A stretch of DNA of 64,000 nt from sequence record SRR20825019_1418. One strand, given 5' to 3'. The notes under the pieces are model-generated. The model did no database searches. It was not told the DNA's origin and saw nothing but the letters and a program-made list of their open reading frames with translations. Positions 17,690 to 25,717 of this stretch are shown piece after piece (position 1 is the first letter of the stretch; each line of letters begins with the position of its first letter). The position numbers and the translations under genes are program-made.

Positions 17690-20561
17690 GCCGGTAATCC
17701 GCAGGCGCCTGGATACCCTTCTGCCAGTTCTTGTCGCAGGCCTCCTCGGGGGCTGCCAGTCGCTTTCAATGCCGGATGTATTCGGCGGTGGGGATGATAG
17801 ACAGCCCCAGCCGGGGACTCTGGCCACTCTTCAATCCATCGAGGAAACCATCGAGCCTGCGCCGGATACCCAGGGCGGCACCAGTGAAGTATCTCTGGGG
17901 GAGGTGATGGACAGTTACCGCGCCTTGTTGCCTCTGTTGGAAGACCCCGCCAAACAGGTTGCCGTACGTCACCGGCTGGCGGACCTGGAATTCCAGCGTG
18001 CGGAAAACAAGATGGTTGAAACCGCAGAGGATGAGATGGCCGGGGCTATTGAAGCCTATGAACAACTGCTGGCTGGGTATCCGGAGCGGCCCGGTAATGA
18101 TCAGGTTCTTTACCAGTTGGCCCGCGCCTACGATCTGCGCGGCATGAGCGAAGAACACCTTGCCACACTGACAACGCTGGTGAATGAGCATCTGGATTCG
18201 CCATTCTGGGTCGAGGCGCAGTTCCGGCGCGGTGACTTGCTGTTCAGTAATCGCCGGTACACCGAGGCTGAACAGGCGTTCCGCACGGTGATCGACGCCG
18301 ACCCGGCCAGAAGGGACGACGCCTCGTTCCTGGTCAACGCCCACTACATGCTGGGCTGGAGCCAGTTCAAGCAGGGGAGTTATCGGGAAGCCCTGTTCAG
18401 CTACATCAATGTGCTGGACCTGGTCATGCCGGAAGAGCAGGACGTGGAATCCGTCGGGCAGGAATACCGCACCATGATGGAAGACCTGTTCCGCGTATTT
18501 GGCCTGTCACTGTCTTACCTGGACGGTGCGGACACCCTGCAGGCCATCTTCCGTGAGACCGGCGAGAAACCCTACGAAATCCTCGTGTATGACCGCTACA
18601 GCGACCTTTTGCTGGAGCGGGAACAGTACACAGACGCCATTGATGTATTCGAGCGCTACATCGATGCGCGGCCACTGAGCCCATGGGCGCCCCGGTACCA
18701 CATGCGTATCATCGACACCCTGGCACAGGCCGGCTTTACCGCTGACATACCGGATCGCAAGGCGGCGTTTGTTCGGGACTACGGCATTCACAGTGCCTAC
18801 CTGCAACAGGCGGATGACGAGACAGCGTTTTATATCGGGCAGCAGCTGGAAGAGCTGATCCCGGAGCTTGCCAATCGCCACTATGTACTGGCGGGCGAGA
18901 CAGAAGGTTTGGAATCGGATGAGCATTATCGTCAGGCGGCGGTGTATTACGAGGCCTTCGCGGATACCTTCCCGGCCCACCCCCGCACACCGGAGATGCT
19001 GTTCCTGCTGGGTGAAACCCATGTAGAACTGGCTCAGTGGCCGGAAGCTATCGAAGCCTTTGAACGTGTGGCCTATGACTTCCCATGGGAGGGAGAACCA
19101 CCCGAACGCGCCGCTGAGGCAGGCTATGCGTCGGTACTGGCCTTCCGCGAATATGCCAAAACCTGGCCCCGTGAGCCCGCTGAAACCTACAATGATTACA
19201 CCGAGTTCCAGCAGCTGAATCGTCAACGATTCGTGAACGCCTTTCCCGACGACCCTCGCTCGGAAGAAGTGCTCTACATTGCCATGCAGCACGAATTCGA
19301 GCGCTATCGCTATGGGCAGGTGGTTGAAATGGCGGATCGCATGATTGCCCGAGTTCCCGCGCCCGGGGCGGATATCCTCACGGAAACCTGGTTGCTGAAA
19401 GCCCACAGCCTGTTTGAGCTGGCTCGATACGCCGAGGCGGAAACCACCTATCAACAGGCCTTGCGCGTCATGGCAGAGGCCGATGAGCGGCGGCCGGATG
19501 TCATTGAAAGCCTGGCCGCGTCCGTTTTCCGTCAGGCGGAAGCGCTGGCGGATGCCGGTGATACCGCCGGAGCGGTTAGTGAATTCCTGCGTGTGGGCGT
19601 GGTTGCGCCCACCTCGGCTCTGAGGGCCAACGCTGAATACGATGCTGCCACCCTGCTGATTGAGCTTAGCCACTGGCAGGATGCCATCGATGTGATGGTG
19701 GCGTTTCGGACCCGCTACCCCGAACACGAACAAATCGATACCCTGCCAGCGCGCCTGGCACTGGCCTACCGCGAGACAGAGCAGTGGGAGAAAGCCGGGG
19801 ATGAGCTGAACAACCTGATTGCGATGGCCACCACGGACGAGGAGAAGCGCGAGAACCTGCTGATCGCCGCGGATCTGTACGAACGTGCGGGAAATACTGG
19901 CAAGGCCATCGACACCTGGCGGCGGTATGCCAATACCTATCCTGAACCACTGGACGTTTACATGGAGGCCGCCAACAGCCTGGCCGGCCTATACGACGGG
20001 ATTGGCGACGACAGCAGCCGCCGTTTCTGGCTGCGCAAGCAGATGGAGACCGTGGACGACAATCCCGACGAGGCGGACGACCGCATGCGTTACCTGGCGG
20101 CCGAAGCTTCGGCGATCCTGGCACGGGAAGCACTGGCCTATTACGACAGCATTCGCCTGACCTTGCCGCTGAATCAAAGCATGGCAGCCAAGACCGAGGC
20201 ACTGGAAGAGGCCGTTACCGCCTACCAGAAAACCGCGAGTTACGGCGTGTCGTCCTTCTCCACCGAAGCCGGCTATCAGATTGCACACATCTACGCGCGC
20301 CTCGGTCGTGACCTGATGGAGTCGGAGCGACCAGAAGGATTGTCGGAGCTGGAGTTATTCCAGTACGAGCTTTTGCTGGAAGAGCAGGCCTACCCGTTTG
20401 AGGACAACGCCATCGACATTCATGAACAGAACGCCAGCCGCGCCCGCAACGGCATTTTCGATGAATGGGTTCAGCGCAGTTACGAAGCCCTGAAAACCCT
20501 GCTTCCGGGCCGCTACAACAAACCTGAAATCACCGTAGAGGTTGTCGATGAGCTGGGTTAG
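17682..20561 (+). CDS. Large multi-TPR lipoprotein (GltD/AgmU-like)
   Basis: GTG start behind GGAGG; lipobox LLGGC; many TPRs (VLYQLARAY, AQFRRGDLLF, AHYMLGWSQFK); C-terminal LEEQAYPFEDNAIDIHE. Confidence 0.75.
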   Translation: MTKPVIRRRLDTLLPVLVAGLLGGCQSLSMPDVFGGGDDRQPQPGTLATLQSIEETIEPAPDTQGGTSEVSLGEVMDSYRALLPLLEDPAKQVAVRHRLADLEFQRAENKMVETAEDEMAGAIEAYEQLLAGYPERPGNDQVLYQLARAYDLRGMSEEHLATLTTLVNEHLDSPFWVEAQFRRGDLLFSNRRYTEAEQAFRTVIDADPARRDDASFLVNAHYMLGWSQFKQGSYREALFSYINVLDLVMPEEQDVESVGQEYRTMMEDLFRVFGLSLSYLDGADTLQAIFRETGEKPYEILVYDRYSDLLLEREQYTDAIDVFERYIDARPLSPWAPRYHMRIIDTLAQAGFTADIPDRKAAFVRDYGIHSAYLQQADDETAFYIGQQLEELIPELANRHYVLAGETEGLESDEHYRQAAVYYEAFADTFPAHPRTPEMLFLLGETHVELAQWPEAIEAFERVAYDFPWEGEPPERAAEAGYASVLAFREYAKTWPREPAETYNDYTEFQQLNRQRFVNAFPDDPRSEEVLYIAMQHEFERYRYGQVVEMADRMIARVPAPGADILTETWLLKAHSLFELARYAEAETTYQQALRVMAEADERRPDVIESLAASVFRQAEALADAGDTAGAVSEFLRVGVVAPTSALRANAEYDAATLLIELSHWQDAIDVMVAFRTRYPEHEQIDTLPARLALAYRETEQWEKAGDELNNLIAMATTDEEKRENLLIAADLYERAGNTGKAIDTWRRYANTYPEPLDVYMEAANSLAGLYDGIGDDSSRRFWLRKQMETVDDNPDEADDRMRYLAAEASAILAREALAYYDSIRLTLPLNQSMAAKTEALEEAVTAYQKTASYGVSSFSTEAGYQIAHIYARLGRDLMESERPEGLSELELFQYELLLEEQAYPFEDNAIDIHEQNASRARNGIFDEWVQRSYEALKTLLPGRYNKPEITVEVVDELG

Positions 20562-21147
20562 GTCATTCCAGGGGTGGACGCGAGTGGGCCTGCTGCTGGC
20601 TGTCGTGCTGGTGGCCGGTTGTGCGTCCTCGCCCAAAACCGACCCGGCAGATGTGGCGGAGGCAGAGCGCCAGGCCCGGGAGGCCGAGTTAACGCAGGAC
20701 TTCAGCGAGGCGGTTGCCTTGCTCAGGGGAGGGGATACCGATAACGCGCGGAACCTGTTTGAACAGATCCATCAGGCCGACCCAGAGCGAACCGGACCCT
20801 TGGCCAATCTCGGCATTATTGCACTGCAAGAGGGCAACCCCGAAGCCGCTGAAGGGTATTTCCAACAGGTGCTTGAGCGCGACCCGCAACACAGCGCAGC
20901 GTTGACCCATCTCGGAGTCATGGCCCGGGAGCAGGGCGAGTTCGAGCACGCTGAAACGCTTTACCGGCAAGCCCTGGAAGCCGATCCGAATCACCTGCCG
21001 GCCATGCTGAATTTGGCCATCCTGCTAGATATCTACCTCGGCCGGCTCGAGGAGGCTTTGCCTCTCTACGAGCAGTATCAGTCGCTGGCGGAAGAGCCGA
21101 ATCCGCGCCTCAAGGACTGGATATTCGATGTCAGGAACCGCTTATGA
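20548..21147 (+). CDS. TPR lipoprotein (GltE/AglT-like)
   Basis: Lipobox VAGC; TPRs LANLGII, ALTHLGVM and AMLNLAILLDIYL. Confidence 0.75.
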   Translation: MSWVRSFQGWTRVGLLLAVVLVAGCASSPKTDPADVAEAERQAREAELTQDFSEAVALLRGGDTDNARNLFEQIHQADPERTGPLANLGIIALQEGNPEAAEGYFQQVLERDPQHSAALTHLGVMAREQGEFEHAETLYRQALEADPNHLPAMLNLAILLDIYLGRLEEALPLYEQYQSLAEEPNPRLKDWIFDVRNRL

Positions 21148-21461
21148 CCGCTAGAAAACACCTACTCAGTCTATTGCTGTTGATCATCGCATTTCCCTGC
21201 GTCGCCCAGGACGGTGTTGTGACGATCGAAGGCACGCGGATCCGGGGCGACCAGGAAGTGCCGACGGTGCTTTACCTGGTGCCCTGGCAGCCTCCCGCCG
21301 TGCAGTCGCTGGCCCGGCCGGACGAGCAGTTGATGCTACAGCGCCCTATTGCGCCGCTGGAGCGCCAGGAATTTCAGCGCCTGGTGTCCTATCATCAGTA
21401 TTTCCGCACCTCCGTGGAGGATGGCAAGGCCTCCGGGGCCACCGATGCAATACCGGAATGA
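21144..21461 (+). CDS. Small secreted protein (possibly GltF-like)
   Basis: Signal peptide; TIEGTRIRGDQEVPTVLYLVPW; ATGA overlap with the upstream gene. Confidence 0.6.
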   Translation: MTARKHLLSLLLLIIAFPCVAQDGVVTIEGTRIRGDQEVPTVLYLVPWQPPAVQSLARPDEQLMLQRPIAPLERQEFQRLVSYHQYFRTSVEDGKASGATDAIPE

Positions 21462-21596
21462 GAACTGCGTCACACGTTGTTTGTGCACATACGCATGTAA
21501 AAACAAACCGCTACAAAGACTTGCGCGAACTTACCCCTGCCGGGGCGGTTGCCGCATACACTAGCCAGCAAATACGGACTATGGAGTGCCCTGAAA

Positions 21597-22310
21597 ATGA
21601 TTGAAACTGCCGTTCGCTTCTTCCAGGAAGGTGGCTTTTTCATGTATCCGATCGCCATCGTGCTGATTATCGGACTCATCGTTGCCGCTGAACGTTACAT
21701 ATACCTGTCTGCCCAGAAGATCACTAATCGTCGTGATTTCAACCGGTTGCACCACATGATTGGTGGTAAGGATCTTAAGGGCGCGCTGAACTACGCTACT
21801 GAGTCTGGCAGTGCCATGGCCTCCATGATCGGTTTCGGCCTCCAGCGCCTGGCCCGTCGCCAGTCCCGGGAAGAGATCGAGTACGCGATGGAAGAGGGGC
21901 TTCTGGAAGTCATGCCCCGCCTTGAGAAGCGTACCCAGTATCTGTCTACGCTGGCCAACATTTCCACGCTGATGGGCCTGCTCGGCACCATCATTGGCCT
22001 GATCGCGGCCTTTACCGCGGTTGCTGCGGCGGACCCGTCTCAAAAGGCGAGCCTGCTGTCCCAGAGTATCTCCGTAGCGATGAACACGACGGCCTTCGGC
22101 CTGATGTCTGCGATCCCGCTGCTGTTGATCCACTCAGTGCTCCAGACCAAGACCAACGAAATCATCGACAGCTTCGAGATGGCCGGCATCAAGGTGCTGA
22201 ACCTGATCACCGACGGAACAGGCGCAAGGCCGCAGGCACCGGCTGCCGCCGCTGCCCGCCCAGCAGAGCCTGCTTCCCGTGCGGCCAACCCCGCCGGGTC
22301 AGTGGCGTAA
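21597..22310 (+). CDS. MotA/TolQ/ExbB proton-channel protein (AglR-like)
   Basis: FFQEGGFFMYPI, STLMGLLGTIIGLI and ISVAMNTTAFGL motifs. Confidence 0.9.
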   Translation: MIETAVRFFQEGGFFMYPIAIVLIIGLIVAAERYIYLSAQKITNRRDFNRLHHMIGGKDLKGALNYATESGSAMASMIGFGLQRLARRQSREEIEYAMEEGLLEVMPRLEKRTQYLSTLANISTLMGLLGTIIGLIAAFTAVAAADPSQKASLLSQSISVAMNTTAFGLMSAIPLLLIHSVLQTKTNEIIDSFEMAGIKVLNLITDGTGARPQAPAAAAARPAEPASRAANPAGSVA

Positions 22311-22334
22311 CGGTTCAATCAGGGAGCTAAAGCC

Positions 22335-22832
22335 ATGAGGCGTAAGCATCGTCGGCTTCGCAGCGAAGCGGACCTGGATATCACACCGTTCATGAACCTG
22401 ATGATCGTGCTGGTTCCGGTCCTGCTGCTGAATATGGTGTTTGCACACACCAGCGTGCTGGAGCTGAATTTCCCAGATGTGGATAGCAGTTCCGTAGAAG
22501 AACAGAAAGAACTCCAGTTACAGGTCGTCATTTTCGAAGACCAGCTTGTGGTGTCCGACAACCAGGGCGGCGTGATCAAGACCATTGCCAACCGCGAAGC
22601 GGCCCACGACTTCGAGATGCTCGGTAAGGTCATGAAGGAGCTTAAGGGCAGGCTCCCGGACAAACGCAACATCATCATTATGCCGTCCAGCGACACCTCA
22701 TATCAGACGCTGGTGTCGGTGATGGACAAGGTGCGCTCTTACGAAGCGGTTGTCGCAGGTGATGTCGTTGAGGCCGAGCTGTTCCCCGAGATCTCACTGG
22801 GCGACGCACCGAAGAGGGCTGAACAGTCATGA
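22335..22832 (+). CDS. ExbD/TolR-family protein, variant lacking the conserved transmembrane Asp
   Basis: DLDITPFMNLMIVLV transmembrane segment; YQTLVSVMD. Confidence 0.85.
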   Translation: MRRKHRRLRSEADLDITPFMNLMIVLVPVLLLNMVFAHTSVLELNFPDVDSSSVEEQKELQLQVVIFEDQLVVSDNQGGVIKTIANREAAHDFEMLGKVMKELKGRLPDKRNIIIMPSSDTSYQTLVSVMDKVRSYEAVVAGDVVEAELFPEISLGDAPKRAEQS

Positions 22833-23329
22833 AAGAGTCTGCGAAAGCCAAACGCCTGAAGCGCCATCATCGGCGGGGCAAACAACAGAGCAAGCTGAAC
22901 CTGGTGTCGTTGATGGACATCTTTACCATCCTGGTGTTCTTCCTGATGGTGAATTCATCCTCCGATGTGCAGGTGCTGAACCAGGACAACGCCATCAAGC
23001 TGCCGGACTCCAGTGCCCAGCAGCCCCCGGGTGATGTGCTCGCGCTGACGGTCACGGACAACGATATCCTGGTGAACGGCCGTGTTGTGATGAAGCGGGA
23101 CGTGCTCCAGGCCTTTAGTGGTCAGGTAGAGCCCGCCCTGAAGGAAGAGCTGGACTACCAGGCCAGCCGCTCCAGTGCTCCGGCACCGGATGCAGGGCGC
23201 CCCATCACCATCCTTGCCGATCGCGAACTGCCCTATGAACTGTTGAAGAAAATCATGTCCACCTGCGTGGACGCGGGCTACGCCAGTATTTCACTGGCTG
23301 TAAACCAGAAAACAGAGCAGGGAGCCTAG
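22829..23329 (+). CDS. ExbD/TolR-family protein (AglQ/AglS-like)
   Basis: LNLVSLMDIFTILVFFL; ILADRELPYELLKKIM...AGYASISLA. Confidence 0.88.
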   Translation: MKESAKAKRLKRHHRRGKQQSKLNLVSLMDIFTILVFFLMVNSSSDVQVLNQDNAIKLPDSSAQQPPGDVLALTVTDNDILVNGRVVMKRDVLQAFSGQVEPALKEELDYQASRSSAPAPDAGRPITILADRELPYELLKKIMSTCVDAGYASISLAVNQKTEQGA

Positions 23330-23331
23330 CT

Positions 23332-24333
23332 GTGGCAGAGTATCGTCAGGGATTGCCCTGGAATCAGGAGGCCGGAGAACGCAAGCGCTTGTTTGCGGTT
23401 GCTACCCTCGTGGTCCCGTTGTTCCTTGTGGCAGCCGCGTACATCACCTGGGTTGAGTTGCCGGAGCAGGATCGCAAAGAGCGTGAAGCCCTGCCGCCGC
23501 AATTGGCGAAGCTGATTGTTGAGAAACAGGAACCGCCACCACCCCCGGAACTGAAAGCGCCGGAACCCGAGCCTGAGCCCGAACTTGAACCAGAGAAGCC
23601 GGAACCGGAAGAGCAACCCGTTGCCGAACCCGAGGCCCAGGTACAGCCGCCCGCGCCGGAGCCTGAGCCAGAACCCGAGCCCCAGGTGGCGGAGAAGCCG
23701 GAGCCAACGCAGCAGGATGTCGAAAAAGCCCGGGAAAAGGCAAAAAACACCGGTATCCTCGCCATGGGCGATGAGCTCTCCAAGCTGAGTGCGCTGGGTA
23801 AATCCGTCAAACTGGATACACCGGCCACCGTCACAACGGCCGAACCAATCGCCCGCAAGACGGGTGATACCCTGGCACAAAAGGCTAACACCGGCCGCAG
23901 CTCCGGCGTGGATGAATCCGGCCTGACCCGCGAAACCCGCGAGGTTGCGCTGGCGGAACGGCAACGAGCCCAGGTAGAGGAAGCGGAAGAAGTGGTCGCC
24001 CAGGCGAAAGCCGCCGAGCGTGAGCAGCAGGCCGCTGCCAGCAAGCGCAGCCGCGAAGAGCTCCGTCGCACCATGGACGCCAACAAATCGGCCATCTACA
24101 GCATCTACAACCGCGAACTGCGCCGCAAACCCTCACTGCAGGGCAGCGTGACGCCGGAACTGGTGATCGAAGAGAATGGGGCGGTCTCAAGCTGTTCGGT
24201 GGTGGAATCCACCCTGAACGAGCCAGCCCTTGAAAAGAAAATCTGCAACCGTCTGCGATTGGTGGATTTCGGCGCCCGCCCGGGTGTCGACAGGACGACT
24301 ATCCGCTATCCGATCGAATTGCTGTCTGGTTGA
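23332..24333 (+). CDS. TonB/TolA-like energy transducer with an AgmX/PglI (GltG)-type C-terminal domain
   Basis: Single N-terminal TM helix; Pro/Glu-rich spacer; C-terminal IYSIYNRELRRKPSLQGSV...IEENGAV...CNRLR. Confidence 0.8.
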   Translation: MAEYRQGLPWNQEAGERKRLFAVATLVVPLFLVAAAYITWVELPEQDRKEREALPPQLAKLIVEKQEPPPPPELKAPEPEPEPELEPEKPEPEEQPVAEPEAQVQPPAPEPEPEPEPQVAEKPEPTQQDVEKAREKAKNTGILAMGDELSKLSALGKSVKLDTPATVTTAEPIARKTGDTLAQKANTGRSSGVDESGLTRETREVALAERQRAQVEEAEEVVAQAKAAEREQQAAASKRSREELRRTMDANKSAIYSIYNRELRRKPSLQGSVTPELVIEENGAVSSCSVVESTLNEPALEKKICNRLRLVDFGARPGVDRTTIRYPIELLSG

Positions 24334-24353
24334 ACGGACGTTATTGGCTACCG

Positions 24354-24377
24354 AGTCCCGGCCACCAGGCCGGGACT
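24354..24377. terminator. Perfect 10-bp hairpin ending the envelope operon
   Basis: AGTCCCGGCC-acca-GGCCGGGACT between convergent genes; no clear U tract. Confidence 0.6.
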
Positions 24378-24393
24378 AACCTGCAATCAGCGA

Positions 24394-24771
24394 TTAGCGG
24401 CGATCGGACGAGTGGTTGATGCCATCCGTGGTAGGAATATCGCCCAGCTCGAATGGATTAACACCGTCTATACACGCCACGTTCACCCCAAACTGATTTG
24501 GGTTTGAGCGCCGTCTATGGTGTGTATAAATCCCGCAGGTAGCGCAGAAGTAGTGTTCAGCGGTTTTGGTATTGAACTGATAGAGCGTCAAATTCTCCGC
24601 GCCCTTCAATATCCTGAAAGCAGCCAGAGGAACCGACGTCACGACAGCACCACGCCGCGCGCACATTGAGCAATTGCAACGGCTCAAGTCCTCAAAGCCA
24701 CCGGGAAGATCAACTTCGAATTGGACTCTGCCGCAATGGCAGGCGCCGCGGTTAATGCCTTGGATGTCCAT
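24394..24771 (-). CDS. GFA/CENP-V family zinc-binding protein (integron cassette gene)
   Basis: GACHCG, CNCSMC and FCATCG motifs; RBS AGGAG immediately after the attC crossover site. Confidence 0.9.
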   Translation of the reverse strand: MDIQGINRGACHCGRVQFEVDLPGGFEDLSRCNCSMCARRGAVVTSVPLAAFRILKGAENLTLYQFNTKTAEHYFCATCGIYTHHRRRSNPNQFGVNVACIDGVNPFELGDIPTTDGINHSSDRR

Positions 24772-24789
24772 GTCGGGCCAACTCCTTGT

Positions 24790-24867
24790 TAGTAACGCCC
24801 GGCTCTCGCGCCGGTTTGGAGCTGAGAAGCAGCGGAAAATCGGTTGCTGTGCAACCGATTGTTAAAT
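24790..24867 (-). mobile_element. Integron attC recombination site
   Basis: - strand ATTTAAC-AATCG-GTTGCAC...CCGATTT...AAACCGG...GAGAGCCGGGC-GTTACTA: R'', unpaired spacer, L boxes and R' in an imperfect palindrome of about 78 bp. Confidence 0.8.
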
Positions 24868-24901
24868 TCTTCTCTGTACGATATCCTGAACACGTGCAAT
24901 T

Positions 24902-24913
24902 TCCTGTACAGGA
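24902..24913. promoter_or_regulatory. YefM autoregulatory operator
   Basis: Perfect palindrome TCCTGTACAGGA with the TGTACA core known from yefM-yoeB operators; overlaps the RBS. Confidence 0.65.
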
Positions 24914-24921
24914 TCGATCTT

Positions 24922-25173
24922 ATGGATGCCATCAGCTATACAGCCGCTAGAACCAACCTAGCAAAAACCATGGAGCAGGTCTGTGAAGACCATTCTCCTG
25001 TGATCATCACTCGGAGCAAGTCACAATCCGTGGTAATGATTTCTCTTGAGGACTATGAGGCGTTGCAAGAGACTGCGTACCTTCTGCGCGCACCCAAAAA
25101 TGCCCGGCGTTTGTTGGAGTCCGTTGCCGAGCTGGAGCAAGGCGGTGGTCAAGACAAGGAACTTCTTGAATGA
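24922..25173 (+). CDS. yefM: YefM/Phd antitoxin
   Basis: MDAISYTAARTNLAKTM; PVIITR; SLEDYEALQETAYLLR. Confidence 0.93.
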   Translation: MDAISYTAARTNLAKTMEQVCEDHSPVIITRSKSQSVVMISLEDYEALQETAYLLRAPKNARRLLESVAELEQGGGQDKELLE

Positions 25174-25424
25174 AACTCATCTTCTCCGAGAACGCCTGGG
25201 AAGACTATCTGTACTGGCAGAAAACCGACAAAAAGATCCTTAACCGAATCAACAAGTTGATCAAAGAGACCAAGCGAGAACCTTTCGAAGGTGTTGGTAA
25301 ACCAGAGCCCCTCAAGCACAGCCTCGCCGGGTACTGGTCCCGCCGAATTAACGAAGAGCACCGGATCGTTTACAAAGTCACGGATGACGCTTTGCTCTTA
25401 GCCCAGCTCCGGTACCACTACTGA
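25170..25424 (+). CDS. yoeB: YoeB/Txe toxin
   Basis: MKLIFSENAWEDYLYWQ; GKPEPLKH; WSRRINEEHRIVY; C-terminal RYHY. Confidence 0.95.
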   Translation: MKLIFSENAWEDYLYWQKTDKKILNRINKLIKETKREPFEGVGKPEPLKHSLAGYWSRRINEEHRIVYKVTDDALLLAQLRYHY

Positions 25425-25717
25425 TTTAACAGTGTCTAGACCGCGTTCCGCGATATTGCGAAAAAGCGGATTCCAAATAACTTCGATCTTTGCCCACTCG
25501 GACACAGCCATAAACTGCCCACTTAATAACAGCTTAGTTCATTTTTCAGTGGATCACTATGTGATCGCTTGCATTCCACATTTCGTTCATGGAACACGAC
25601 CGATACTGTATACAGTTGGGGGCAACCGACGCGAGAGCGAATCCGTCCTGACTCCGAGTTCTCTTTTTCGACGGGCGCTGTTGCGCCCGGGAAGGCGTCC
25701 AACTATGTCTGGGCTGA

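Noticed and set aside
16733-19733. Long - strand ORFs (364 and 408 aa)
   Set aside because: Antisense to the TPR genes, with no motifs or RBS support
23530-23710. Short tandem DNA repeats (GAGCC/GAACC units)
   Set aside because: They encode the Pro-Glu spacer of the TonB-like protein; not a CRISPR array or independent repeat
15111-24333. Claim that the organism glides using this cluster
   Set aside because: The cytoplasmic and accessory Myxococcus components (GltI/J, AglZ, CglB) are not seen, so motility is unsupported
24844-24921. N-terminal extension of yefM in the ORF track
   Set aside because: It overlaps the attC and the operator; the true start is ATG 24922 behind AGGA
25605-25616. 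LexA box
   Set aside because: CTGT-AT-ACAG has a 2-bp spacer, not the 8 bp required
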